In this document: positions 8,368 to 17,265 of the stretch, piece after piece
Layout of the letters: each line of letters starts with the position of its first letter
Position numbering within the stretch: position 1 is the first letter of the stretch
Assembly: GCA_050250895.1 (NCBI GenBank)
Contig: JBFWNU010000001.1
Coordinates: 2,436,891-2,500,890 of the forward strand
Direction of reading: 5' to 3'
From: Vulcanimicrobiota bacterium
GTDB taxonomy: Bacteria > Vulcanimicrobiota > Xenobia > Xenobiales > JADMJV01
DNA: 64,000 nucleotides
Notes under the pieces: model-generated
What the model saw: only the letters and a program-made list of their open reading frames with translations
Told to the model about the DNA's origin: nothing
The model's database searches: none
Program-made: the position numbers and the translations under genes

Positions 8368-9276
8368 ATGGGCGGAATTTTGGGCTGGGCCCTGCCTCTG
8401 GCGTGCACGGTGTTGTCCTACGGCCTGGCGGGGGGGTTCTGGAAGTTAGCGGACCTTTCCACCGGGCAGTTTTGTCTGCTCTTCGTGCTGGCCAAAGTCG
8501 TCCTCAACACCGGCTACTGGATCGGCCTGGGTCGCCCCAGAGTCGAGTGGAACGCCTTTCTGCGCTACACCTTGTTGGGCCAGGTCATCAACGGCTTCGC
8601 CTGGGCCGGCTACTTCAGCGCCCTGGCCACCGGTCCGGCTGCCATCGTGCAGACCGTGACCGCTGCCTATACGGCGCTGGCGGCCGTGTTGGCCGTCATC
8701 TTTCTCAAGGAGCGACTGGTGGCCATTCAGGTGGTAGGAGTGGCCATGGTGGTGGGCGCCGGGATGTTGCTGGGCTATGGCGGGGGGAGCGATGGGGCGG
8801 CCGGACAGGCCGGTTGGTTCGCCTATTCGCTGGTCACCCTGCTGTGCTGGGGCATGGCGGTGGTGGTGTTCAAGCACGCCTACAATCAAGAGGGGGCCAA
8901 CGACGCCGTCTTTTCCCTGGGCAACCTGATGGGAATGGCCGTAACCCTCTTGCCCTTCGGCTTTTTCACCACCTCGGGCACAGAGCGCTGGGCGGCCGGC
9001 CTGGTGCCCCTGGCCTGGCTGGTGGTGATCCTTTACGCGGTGGGCGACCTGACCCTATTCGCGGCCATCAACCGGGGGCCGGCCACCATCGTCAGTCCGC
9101 TGTCGGGGCTCTATCCCATTCCCACCATCGCCTATTCGGCCCTGGTGCTGCACGAAGCCGTGCTCGGTTCGCAATGGGTGGCCATCGCCATGGTGCTGGT
9201 GGCCATCGTGCTGGTGGTTCCGGCCGAAGATAATCCCGTTATGAAGCTGGTGCGACCAGCCAGATCACAAGAGTAG
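8368..9276 (+). CDS. EamA/DMT family transporter
   Basis: About ten TM helices in two repeats (GPAAIV / GPATIVSP; FLKERL / VLHEAV). Confidence 0.85.
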   Translation: MGGILGWALPLACTVLSYGLAGGFWKLADLSTGQFCLLFVLAKVVLNTGYWIGLGRPRVEWNAFLRYTLLGQVINGFAWAGYFSALATGPAAIVQTVTAAYTALAAVLAVIFLKERLVAIQVVGVAMVVGAGMLLGYGGGSDGAAGQAGWFAYSLVTLLCWGMAVVVFKHAYNQEGANDAVFSLGNLMGMAVTLLPFGFFTTSGTERWAAGLVPLAWLVVILYAVGDLTLFAAINRGPATIVSPLSGLYPIPTIAYSALVLHEAVLGSQWVAIAMVLVAIVLVVPAEDNPVMKLVRPARSQE

Positions 9277-9290
9277 GAAGGCAAGCAAAG

Positions 9291-10433
9291 TTGAAGATCT
9301 TAGTGTTGGGTGGCTGCGGCGCCATGGGCACCGAGGCCACGCGGGACCTGGCCAGAACCAGTGATTTCGAAGAGGTGGCCGTGGCCGATGTCGACCTGGC
9401 CAAGGCCGGCAATTTATGCGAGGAACTCGGCGGCCGGACCCGGCCGCTCAAAGTCGACGTGACCGACAAGGCCGCCCTGGTCGAACTGTTCGGTGGCTAT
9501 CAGGTGGTGCTCAACTGCACCAGTTATGCCTTCGGCCTGACCATCACCGAGGCGGCCATCGAAGCCCGTCGTTCGCTGCTCGACCTGGGCGGGCTCTACA
9601 ACACTCCGAAGCAACTGGCCATGACCGACCAGGCCAAAGAGGCCGGGGTGACCGTCGTGCTCGGCATGGGCGCAACGCCCGGAGTCACCAACCTGATGGC
9701 GAAAGCGGGCTCGACCCACATGGACCAGGTTGACGAGGTGCATGTGCATTTTGCCACCTATCGCCCCATCGCGCCCTCGCCGGGTCTATTGATGACCGTG
9801 CTCGACGAGTTCAGCCCCGAAACCACGCGCTTTTACTACGAGCAGGGCGAGTTCGTCAAAGTCCCGCCCTTCGCCGGCGAGAAAGAGGTTCAGTTCGAAG
9901 AGCCGGTGGGCCGGGTCAAGACCTGGTTCGTGCCGCATTCAGAGACCCATACCATGCCGCGCTTTTTCCCCGGTCTGCGCCGGGTCGACGTGCGCGGTAC
10001 CTGGTGTCCCGAGATTATGCACGCTCTGCGCCACTATGGCGAGGTGGGATTGCTCTCGACCACGCCCGGCCCCTCGGGCATCTCGCCGCGCGAGAGTCTG
10101 CGTGATGTGTTCTTGAACCGTGGCGACTGGCCCGAGCTACCCGAATGGGCCTTTCTGGTCAATGTCGAGGTGGAAGGTCGGCGCGGAGAGTACCGGGTCA
10201 AGGCTACTTATAACCTGTCGCACGCGCCGGTGGCCGACTGGGGCTATTCGGCGACCGGCCGGGTGACCGGCATTCCCGCCTCGATCGGCGCCCAGCGGCT
10301 AGCTCGCGGTGAGGTCTCGGGTCACGGCGTGCTCGGCCCCGAGGCGGCCTTCGAGCCCTGGCCGTTCTTCGCCGATCTGGCCGAGCGCCAGATGTGGGTC
10401 AAGGAAGAAGTGCACCTCACCCGCCGCGTCTAG
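9291..10433 (+). CDS. Saccharopine dehydrogenase-family oxidoreductase
   Basis: LGGCGAMG Rossmann motif, GMGATPGVTN, HSE, TGIPASIGA, GVLGPE. Confidence 0.85.
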   Translation: MKILVLGGCGAMGTEATRDLARTSDFEEVAVADVDLAKAGNLCEELGGRTRPLKVDVTDKAALVELFGGYQVVLNCTSYAFGLTITEAAIEARRSLLDLGGLYNTPKQLAMTDQAKEAGVTVVLGMGATPGVTNLMAKAGSTHMDQVDEVHVHFATYRPIAPSPGLLMTVLDEFSPETTRFYYEQGEFVKVPPFAGEKEVQFEEPVGRVKTWFVPHSETHTMPRFFPGLRRVDVRGTWCPEIMHALRHYGEVGLLSTTPGPSGISPRESLRDVFLNRGDWPELPEWAFLVNVEVEGRRGEYRVKATYNLSHAPVADWGYSATGRVTGIPASIGAQRLARGEVSGHGVLGPEAAFEPWPFFADLAERQMWVKEEVHLTRRV

Positions 10434-10445
10434 GCCAGAAATGGC

Positions 10446-10472
10446 GAAAGCCCTTCTTTTGGAAGGGCTTTC
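10446..10472. terminator. Hairpin terminator between convergent oxidoreductase and tRNA
   Basis: GAAAGCCCTTC-TTTTG-GAAGGGCTTTC. Confidence 0.7.
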
Positions 10473-10474
10473 TT

Positions 10475-10551
<77 letters not shown>

Positions 10552-10565
10552 TCGATTCGGCCTTC

Positions 10566-10594
10566 ATAATAGCAAGCACCTGTTAGGCTGTCAA
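10566..10594 (-). promoter_or_regulatory. Sigma70 promoter of tRNA-fMet
   Basis: TTGACA-N17-TATTAT. Confidence 0.8.
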
Positions 10595-10918
10595 CCCCCC
10601 AAAAAATGGCGGGCTGCGGCCGGGCCCCTCCCGGCCCACTTCCGCACGGAAAACCGGCGGGTCGCTTGCTCGCTTTCCCCGGCGGCTGTGCGCCGCACAG
10701 CGCGGTTTTCCTGGTGTGCGGCGCACAACACGCCGCCCTCGCGCGCCAGGCAGGCCGCCGCGAGCGAGTGGTGCGCCCACCAGTCGGAGTCCAGGGGGTG
10801 GGTCGTTCGGTTGGTGTTGCTGAAACGATTGACCCTTGTGGTTCGGCTCCGACTGGCGGCCACCGCCCCAGCATAGGCCGAAAGTGTATCGTTTCTTAGG
10901 GCAAAATGTGTAGGAAAT

Positions 10919-11761
10919 TTATCCAGAGTCGCGCTTGTCGCCGCGAAGGTTGGCGCTGTGGGCGTCGAGGGTGGCCTTCTCCTCCGGCGAGAGGGCGGCC
11001 AGACCCTGTTTTGCGATCTTGTCGAGGATGGCGTCGATGCGACTCTCGCTGGTGCTGGTCTCGGCCGAGCGGGCGGCGAAGGTCGGGGGATCTTTCTTGC
11101 CCCCTTCGATGGCTCGCAGACGGCGCTTGCGACGGGCCCGGTCGAGCCGTTGGAGAGTGCCCGGGCCCTGGCTGCGGCCGCGGCCCTGAGGCTGGGTGAC
11201 GTAGTACCAACCGGCCAGCGGACAGATGATGGCGAACAGGCCCAGCGCCGGACCGTAATAGGCCCAGGTGCCGATCAAGCCCAGATAGCCGAGAAAACGG
11301 GCTTCCAGGGGAATCACGAAGAACAGCAGCACGGTTGCCCTGGGGTTCATCATGGCCCACATGGTGAACATGCCGGTGAGAACGAGGGGGATGCCCACCA
11401 GCGCAGCCCCGGTGTGCTCGAGCAGATACGAGCCGAGCGTAAGGCAGAGCCCCTGGCCCACCGTCATGCTGAGCAGAGCCGCGCCGAGCTTGCCGCTGCC
11501 CCAGGTTCTTTCCAGCGAACTCAGCACCCAGCCCAGTACGAAACAGGTCAGCAAGAGACCAACGATCGGGCCCCCGTTGACCAGCGGATAGGTGAAGAGC
11601 GCCCATGGCTCTTTCAGGGCGTCGCTGGTGATCATCCATCCCACCAACTGTGGCTGGCCAAAGAAGAGAGCCAGGAATGTGACGATCTGAGCCACGATCA
11701 GCCCGGTCGTGACCGGAGCCTGAGCCGCGAATCGACGGATTTGGACGCCGAGATCATCCAT
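10919..11761 (-). CDS. Rhomboid-like membrane protein with C-terminal DUF6576-like domain
   Basis: PWALFTYPL, LERTWGS, TM helices; IDAILDKIAKQGLAALSPEEK tail. Confidence 0.75.
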   Translation of the reverse strand: MDDLGVQIRRFAAQAPVTTGLIVAQIVTFLALFFGQPQLVGWMITSDALKEPWALFTYPLVNGGPIVGLLLTCFVLGWVLSSLERTWGSGKLGAALLSMTVGQGLCLTLGSYLLEHTGAALVGIPLVLTGMFTMWAMMNPRATVLLFFVIPLEARFLGYLGLIGTWAYYGPALGLFAIICPLAGWYYVTQPQGRGRSQGPGTLQRLDRARRKRRLRAIEGGKKDPPTFAARSAETSTSESRIDAILDKIAKQGLAALSPEEKATLDAHSANLRGDKRDSG

Positions 11762-11988
11762 ATATGCTTTGTTCTCACTTGAGCCGCCGGTCTCCTAGCT
11801 GAGATCTTTGACCGGATCAGGTTTGGCCGCTCAGGGCGCTGGGTAGTATCTGTGGCGAACGCGCTGGAAACGGGTCGCTCCCGCTCTTGCTGTCGGCTCC
11901 TCCAACGGGACCGACCGTCGAGCGAAAGCCCCTAGCTACGAGGGAACCAAGACACTCGTCGGCGGACCCCAGCGCGTTCTCGATTTTT

Positions 11989-12435
11989 ATGCGAGTTCTC
12001 TGGTTGTGCTTGTGTCTGACCGCCCTGGGCTGGCCCGCTCCGATGGAGGGGCAGGCTTTGCGGTTGTCGCCCGGTCAGGATCTCAAGGCCGAGCTGGTAG
12101 GCTACATCCAGCAGCATCACCTCCAGGCCGGCGCCATCGTGACCTGCGTGGGTTCGCTCGAGCGGGTGGTGTTGAGGCTGGCGGACCAGGCCGAAGGCAC
12201 TACTTTCGAGGGCAAGTTCGAAATCGTCTCGCTGGTGGGCACCCTTTCCCCCGATGGGGTCCACCTCCACCTGGCCGTCAGCGATTCGCAAGGACACACC
12301 ATCGGGGGTCACTTGATGGAAGGCTGCCACGTCTACACTACCGCCGAGATCGTGCTGGTCGAACTCAAAGACACCCAGTTTCGTCGAACTCTCGACCCCA
12401 GCACCGGTTATCCTGAGCTCGAGGTGGGCCCTTAG
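11989..12435 (+). CDS. PPC/DUF296 domain protein
   Basis: RLSPGQDL, TCVGSL, EIVSLVGT, HLHLAVSD, GGHL, TTAEIV. Confidence 0.88.
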   Translation: MRVLWLCLCLTALGWPAPMEGQALRLSPGQDLKAELVGYIQQHHLQAGAIVTCVGSLERVVLRLADQAEGTTFEGKFEIVSLVGTLSPDGVHLHLAVSDSQGHTIGGHLMEGCHVYTTAEIVLVELKDTQFRRTLDPSTGYPELEVGP

Positions 12436-13082
12436 TCCTCTGGCCTGGTTCCCGGCGGGTAGATGTGGATGGCCATGACCTCGTCGAGGGCCGTGTCTAC
12501 CAGAAAACTGATCCCGCGCTGGCTGTAGTCTAGAAAGAAGCGTTCGGGCGGAACATGCGGCTCGTAAGCTTTGTCGACCTCGCGCACATCCTCCCGCTCG
12601 TTCCAGGGGACCGCTCGGCGAACCGAGCCTTCGCCCCAGGCCTGGATGACGCCCGAGGCCTTCGAGCCCACCTTGAAACCCTCGGGGGTGACCAGGCTAT
12701 CGTCTTCCACCCCGACCCGCACGATGCGACCGCTCTCGACCAGCATCCAGAGACGGTGCTCGGGATACTCCCACCAGCGAAAGTCGGCTCCCTGGCGGGC
12801 CGGGCGCTGGCGGGCCGCACCCCAGAAAGAGGTCACGGTCGAGGCTGGCGCTCCCAGGGCGGCCGGACCCATGCGGGCGCCGGGCAACAGCAGGGGGTCA
12901 TCGGCTCCCTCGACGGTTTGTTTCACGGGCGGCCGTGGCGAGGGGGTGATTGGCGCAGCCGGGGTCTCGACCACCACCGGCGATTGCAGTGGTAGGGGCA
13001 CGGGTTCGATTTCGACCACCGGACCGTCGGGCTGGGTGCAGCCCAGCATCGCCAGCAACAAAAGGGGAGCTAACTTTGACAT
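12432..13082 (-). CDS. Putative lipoprotein
   Basis: MSKLAPLLLLAMLGC lipobox, Pro-rich linker; overlaps the mutM stop. Confidence 0.7.
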   Translation of the reverse strand: MSKLAPLLLLAMLGCTQPDGPVVEIEPVPLPLQSPVVVETPAAPITPSPRPPVKQTVEGADDPLLLPGARMGPAALGAPASTVTSFWGAARQRPARQGADFRWWEYPEHRLWMLVESGRIVRVGVEDDSLVTPEGFKVGSKASGVIQAWGEGSVRRAVPWNEREDVREVDKAYEPHVPPERFFLDYSQRGISFLVDTALDEVMAIHIYPPGTRPED

Positions 13083-13945
13083 TGGGGGCACCAGGTGGTG
13101 GTGCGCTGAGCCACTACCGCCCGCTGCAGCGGTTGGCCGCAGCCGGGGCAGGCCTGGCCGTAGCGGCCGTAGACCAGCAGGCTTTCCTGGTTGTAGCCGG
13201 CTTCGCCCGACCCGTCCACGAAGTCGCGCAGGGTGGTGCCACCGTTTTCGATCCCCGCCTCGAGCACGGCCCGCACCGCCTCGTGCAGACTGTCGGCGGC
13301 CCGGCCCGACAACCGGTAGGCGCCGCGACGGGGCCGAATGCCGGCCCGAAAGAGCGCTTCGTCGGCGTAGATGTTGCCCACTCCGGCCACCAGGCCCTGA
13401 TCGAGCAACGCGGCTTTGATGGGGCGCCGGGTGGCCTTGAGGCGAGCCCGGAAATAGTCGGGAGTAAAGGCCTCGGTCAACGGGTCCGGACCCAACCGCT
13501 TCACCTCGGGGCTCTTGCCCACCAGATGACGCGGGTAGAGGCGCCATTTGCCGAATTTGCGGATGTCACGGTAGTGCAGGGCCGTGCCGTCGCCAAACTC
13601 GATGCTGACATGGGTGTGTTTGTCGACCGGGTGCTGCAGGGCGCGCTGCAAGCCCGTGTGGTTCTGGCGCACGAACGGCGTGTCTCGACGCTCGGGATCG
13701 CGAAAGGTCAACTGTCCGGTCATGCCCAGGTGGACCAGCAAAGTGTCGCGCTCGAGATGCAGAATCAACAGTTTGCCGATGCGCTCGAGGCGAGTAAACT
13801 GCTGGCCCTTGAGGCGCGAATAGCCAGCGGGCTCGGGATACTTGATGACCAGAGAGTCGCGGATCACGACCTCTTCGATAGGTCGACCGGGAAGATGGGG
13901 CTCGAGGCTGCGTCGAACCGTCTCGACTTCAGGCAATTCAGGCAT
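13070..13945 (-). CDS. mutM: Formamidopyrimidine-DNA glycosylase
   Basis: MPELPEVE, HLGMTG, DIRKFG, GVGNIYADE and C-terminal zinc finger. Confidence 0.96.
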   Translation of the reverse strand: MPELPEVETVRRSLEPHLPGRPIEEVVIRDSLVIKYPEPAGYSRLKGQQFTRLERIGKLLILHLERDTLLVHLGMTGQLTFRDPERRDTPFVRQNHTGLQRALQHPVDKHTHVSIEFGDGTALHYRDIRKFGKWRLYPRHLVGKSPEVKRLGPDPLTEAFTPDYFRARLKATRRPIKAALLDQGLVAGVGNIYADEALFRAGIRPRRGAYRLSGRAADSLHEAVRAVLEAGIENGGTTLRDFVDGSGEAGYNQESLLVYGRYGQACPGCGQPLQRAVVAQRTTTWCPQCQS

Positions 13946-13985
13946 GCCGGCTCTTTCCCGTCAGGGCTGCCAGCAACCTTTAGAG

Positions 13986-15305
13986 CTACAGTCCGACGGC
14001 TGGATGCTGGCGGCGCATGGCGCCGTCGCGGGCCAGCGTCAGGATCTCGCTAAAGGTCGAGGTCTCGAAGAGCGTCTGATCATACGAACTCTCGAGCGTG
14101 ACCACGCCGGTGCTCTCGTCGTAAGAAAGATTCTGGCGCAGGCCGTCGGTCTTGAGTTCGAAGCTGCCGTCTTTGAGTTGATGCCACTGGTCACCCAGGG
14201 TCCCTGCCTCGAGCCCCTGGCTGGCCAGGGTTTGAATACGGGCGTCCTTGAGCGAGACGATGGCCTGCTCGCCGAACGCGTCTTTGAGGCGGGTGGCGTA
14301 GTTGTCTCCCACGGCCGGATCGGTGGTGGGCTCGCCCATCAGCCAGGGCTCGAAGCCGATGCCGAGGTCATCCTTCTTGACCTCGAGTCCGGGCACCAGC
14401 GAGACCTTGCCACCCTGGCGGGTTTCGGTGCTGCCGTCGCTGCGGATGGTAATGTCGGTCACCCGCGAGCCTTGAAAATCGGAGGTCTCGTTGTGGTAGG
14501 TGAAGACGGGATTGGGATAGATGCCCAGCGAGATCTCGGGCTTTTCGAACTCTTCCTGGATGAGGATGTCGCCAGCAAAGCCGTGCTCGACCCGGGTGCG
14601 AGTCAGGCGGGTGGGGTTCTCTCCGCTAGCCTGCAATTGGCCGTTCCACTGCTCGACCACGAAGTCACCCGAGCGATGCAAAAGGCTATCTTTGGTGTAG
14701 AGGGTGCTGACGCTCTGAGGGGTGGTGACGGTGACGCTCGTGTCGGTTTCGACCAGGGTCTTCTGGTGCCCCTGGGCATCGCGAACGAGGATGCGCGTGG
14801 TCTGGCCCTGGTGACTGACTTCGACGAACGAGCCGTCGGGATGAAGATCGAAGCTCGATTTGGGGGTCTCGAGGGCTTCGAGCTCGGCTCTGGTCGCTTC
14901 GAACTGGGTGGCTGCCTGCCTGGTTTGCTCGACCAGTTTGCCATAGTCCGAGCGCACCTGCCTGGCCTGAGCGTTCTCGTGCTCGGCCGGTTTGGCTTGC
15001 TGCTCCATCTGGTCGAAGCGTAAGGTCACGTCCTGGGCCACGGTGGGTTGCTCGAGGCAAACCGACGCCATGATCTGGCCGGCCATGGGAACGGCCACGG
15101 CGGCCACTCCCAATCCGATCAAAAGAGCGGTGGCGATGCCCCTTTTACTTTCGGGGGCCTGGGCCGAAGGGGTCGGAACCGGCGCTGCGCTCGGCGCAAA
15201 GGTATCGGTGGGCATGGCCGCGGGCTTAGCCGACGGCGGGGCCGCTCCCCGGAGCGAGTTGGCTTGAGCGAGGTTGGCGCGGTTATAAGGATTGATGGTC
15301 AACAT
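13986..15305 (-). CDS. Hypothetical single-pass protein with coiled coil and beta-rich domain
   Basis: 439-aa ORF with GAGGGGAG RBS, disordered N-terminus, TM helix. Confidence 0.7.
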   Translation of the reverse strand: MLTINPYNRANLAQANSLRGAAPPSAKPAAMPTDTFAPSAAPVPTPSAQAPESKRGIATALLIGLGVAAVAVPMAGQIMASVCLEQPTVAQDVTLRFDQMEQQAKPAEHENAQARQVRSDYGKLVEQTRQAATQFEATRAELEALETPKSSFDLHPDGSFVEVSHQGQTTRILVRDAQGHQKTLVETDTSVTVTTPQSVSTLYTKDSLLHRSGDFVVEQWNGQLQASGENPTRLTRTRVEHGFAGDILIQEEFEKPEISLGIYPNPVFTYHNETSDFQGSRVTDITIRSDGSTETRQGGKVSLVPGLEVKKDDLGIGFEPWLMGEPTTDPAVGDNYATRLKDAFGEQAIVSLKDARIQTLASQGLEAGTLGDQWHQLKDGSFELKTDGLRQNLSYDESTGVVTLESSYDQTLFETSTFSEILTLARDGAMRRQHPAVGL

Positions 15306-15388
15306 AGATGACTCCCCTCTGCAGGGCTCAGGTTAGCCTCCTCAGGTGAACATCATTTGACCAAAAAGTGAACGGCTCGCCGTTAATG

Positions 15389-15418
15389 CGCGAGGGCGGC
15401 CCGAAGGCCGCCCTCGCG
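15389..15418 (-). terminator. GC-rich hairpin downstream of the small secreted protein
   Basis: CGCGAGGGCGGCC-CGAA-GGCCGCCCTCGCG. Confidence 0.55.
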
Positions 15419-15424
15419 ACTAGA

Positions 15425-15682
15425 CTAGAAGCCGCTATCCAGGTCGAAATCGGGGATGAGAAAGTGCCGGCTTCTCCTCTTCCTCTCGACCTTTTTGGTC
15501 TCTTGAGCCTCTTTAGCTTCTTGCTGCTCAGGCCGTTGGAGTTGTTCTTGGGGAACCTCTACGTCCGCCGTTTCGACCGTTTGGCGGGGTGGTTCCTGGG
15601 GCGTCTGCTGTTGGGGTTCGGCCCAGGCGGGGGTCGAGGCCAGCACGGCCAGAGCGAGCAGGGAGATCAGTTGTTTTTTCAT
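15425..15682 (-). CDS. Small secreted protein
   Basis: Sec signal MKKQLISLLALAVLASTPAWA; AAAGGA RBS. Confidence 0.7.
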   Translation of the reverse strand: MKKQLISLLALAVLASTPAWAEPQQQTPQEPPRQTVETADVEVPQEQLQRPEQQEAKEAQETKKVERKRRSRHFLIPDFDLDSGF

Positions 15683-15700
15683 GATAGTATCCTTTCTTTC

Positions 15701-15718
15701 TAGACCAGTCTGTATAAT
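15701..15718. promoter_or_regulatory. LmrA/QdoR-type TetR operator 2
   Basis: Reverse complement ATTATACAGACTGGTCTA matches AWTATAtagaCYGgTCTA. Confidence 0.75.
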
Positions 15719-15733
15719 TTCGAGGCAAAAAAA

Positions 15734-16300
15734 TTACTCGCCTTTCAATAGCAAGGGTAGAGTGGAGCGCAGGCGCTGCAGGGGCTGGGTGTCGCGGTGG
15801 GCACGGCTCAGCAACATGGCGCCCTCGAAGGCCGTGAACATCAGGTTGGCCAGATTGGCGGCCTCGTCTTCACTGTAGCCTGCCTTGACCAGGTTGCTCG
15901 ACAAGATCTTCTGAGCCCCTTCGAAGGCGCGACTACAGGCCGTTTGGACCGCCTCGGAAGTGGCCGCCACCTCGAGGGCCACCGTGGCCACGGGGCAACC
16001 ACACTGGAAGTCCGAGGCTTCGAGCTCTTGAGCGGCCACCTCGAGGATCTTGTCGAGGGCCTGGCGGGGGCTCGAGGTCAGGTCGAAGGCCGACTGCAAC
16101 CGCTTGCCGATGCCTTGCGAGGCCAGGGTGATAGCCTCGGCGGCCAGTTGTTCTTTGCCACCGGGGAAGTGGTAGTAGAGCGATCCCTTGGGAGCGTTGC
16201 TCTCGGCAATGATCTGATTGAGACCGGTGCCGTTGAACCCCTGCCTGCGGAGCAGGCGGGTGGTGGTCTCGAGCATTCTATCGCGGCTGTCGGTGGCCAT
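15734..16300 (-). CDS. TetR/AcrR regulator, LmrA/YxaF type
   Basis: QGFNGTGLNQI...APKGSLYYHFPGGKEQL HTH; GCPVATVALE. Confidence 0.92.
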   Translation of the reverse strand: MATDSRDRMLETTTRLLRRQGFNGTGLNQIIAESNAPKGSLYYHFPGGKEQLAAEAITLASQGIGKRLQSAFDLTSSPRQALDKILEVAAQELEASDFQCGCPVATVALEVAATSEAVQTACSRAFEGAQKILSSNLVKAGYSEDEAANLANLMFTAFEGAMLLSRAHRDTQPLQRLRSTLPLLLKGE

Positions 16301-16306
16301 GACTGA

Positions 16307-16335
16307 ATTATATAGACTGGTCTATTTTTTGTCAA
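16307..16335 (-). promoter_or_regulatory. Sigma70 promoter of tetR overlapped by operator 1
   Basis: TTGACA-N17-TATAAT ending 6 nt before ATG (leaderless); ATTATATAGACTGGTCTA at 16307-16324. Confidence 0.8.
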
Positions 16336-16338
16336 CCG

Positions 16339-17175
16339 TCATTTCGGGAACAATTGCTCGAGGTCGCCCTGCGGGTCGGGCCGCCACAGCCCGATGACCT
16401 GGCGGAGCAATTCGGGGTCCACCTGGGGCCGCATCGGCTTCCAGTCAGGATGGAGCACCAGCGTCTCGAGGGCGTGAAAGGCCAGACGCAGGCCGGGATG
16501 GTTGTCGGGATGGGCGGCGTTCTTCTTGCTGAAGGCCTTCAGGTCGCCGGTGTCGAGTTGGCTCAAGCCGGCCTCGAGCAAGGCGATCAGTCGAGGCATC
16601 TGGTCGGCGGGACAGTGCTGGCCCATCCCTGGGGGAAGCCCCCACAAGCAACCTGCGGCGGGGGGAAGTTGATGCAGACTGAGCGCCTCCCAACAAGCCC
16701 TGGCCAGCCCAACCTTGTCGAGTAGCAGGGGCAGAAAGACCCGCGCCCAGGCCATCACCAGGTTGTGCGAGCAGTCGTAGCGGTCGACCACTGGATCCTG
16801 GTCAAGCCAGCCTCGCACCAGTTCTTCGAGCAGGTCACCCTGAAGGGCGAACCAGCGTCGCACCGTGGCGTGACGGGACTCGGCCAGACAGTTCTCGAGC
16901 CCGTCGAGGAAGCGGATGTTGCGCGCGCATGGAGCTACTGAGGTGAACAGCCGGCGCATCCCGGATAGGCCACGCTCCGGGACGTTCAGGGTGAGGCAAA
17001 ACCAGGAGGCGACCCAACCGAAGTGGGCTTCGGGGGCACGCTCGGCGAAATAGTCGAGAATGGCGCCCCAGAGTGCCTCGTCCGCGAGATGGCTATCCCG
17101 CCCCAGGCGAATCGCCGCCAGGCACTCTTCGGGGGAACCTTTTTCTAAAGCCAGGAGGGCCGATTCGGTGTCCAC
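16339..17175 (-). CDS. Hypothetical alpha-helical protein
   Basis: Long ORF; likely GTG start 17175 downstream of a terminator. Confidence 0.6.
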   Translation of the reverse strand: MDTESALLALEKGSPEECLAAIRLGRDSHLADEALWGAILDYFAERAPEAHFGWVASWFCLTLNVPERGLSGMRRLFTSVAPCARNIRFLDGLENCLAESRHATVRRWFALQGDLLEELVRGWLDQDPVVDRYDCSHNLVMAWARVFLPLLLDKVGLARACWEALSLHQLPPAAGCLWGLPPGMGQHCPADQMPRLIALLEAGLSQLDTGDLKAFSKKNAAHPDNHPGLRLAFHALETLVLHPDWKPMRPQVDPELLRQVIGLWRPDPQGDLEQLFPK

Positions 17176-17220
17176 GGCAAAGCGCTTCGACCCGCTCTTC
17201 CCGGGCGCTTGCCGGCAAAT

Positions 17221-17254
17221 AAAAAAAGCCCCCGGACTGGCCGGGGGCTCTTTT
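17221..17254 (-). terminator. Rho-independent terminator after the MFS gene
   Basis: AGCCCCCGG/CCGGGGGCT stem flanked by A and T tracts. Confidence 0.8.
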
Positions 17255-17265
17255 GGCAAGGTCGT

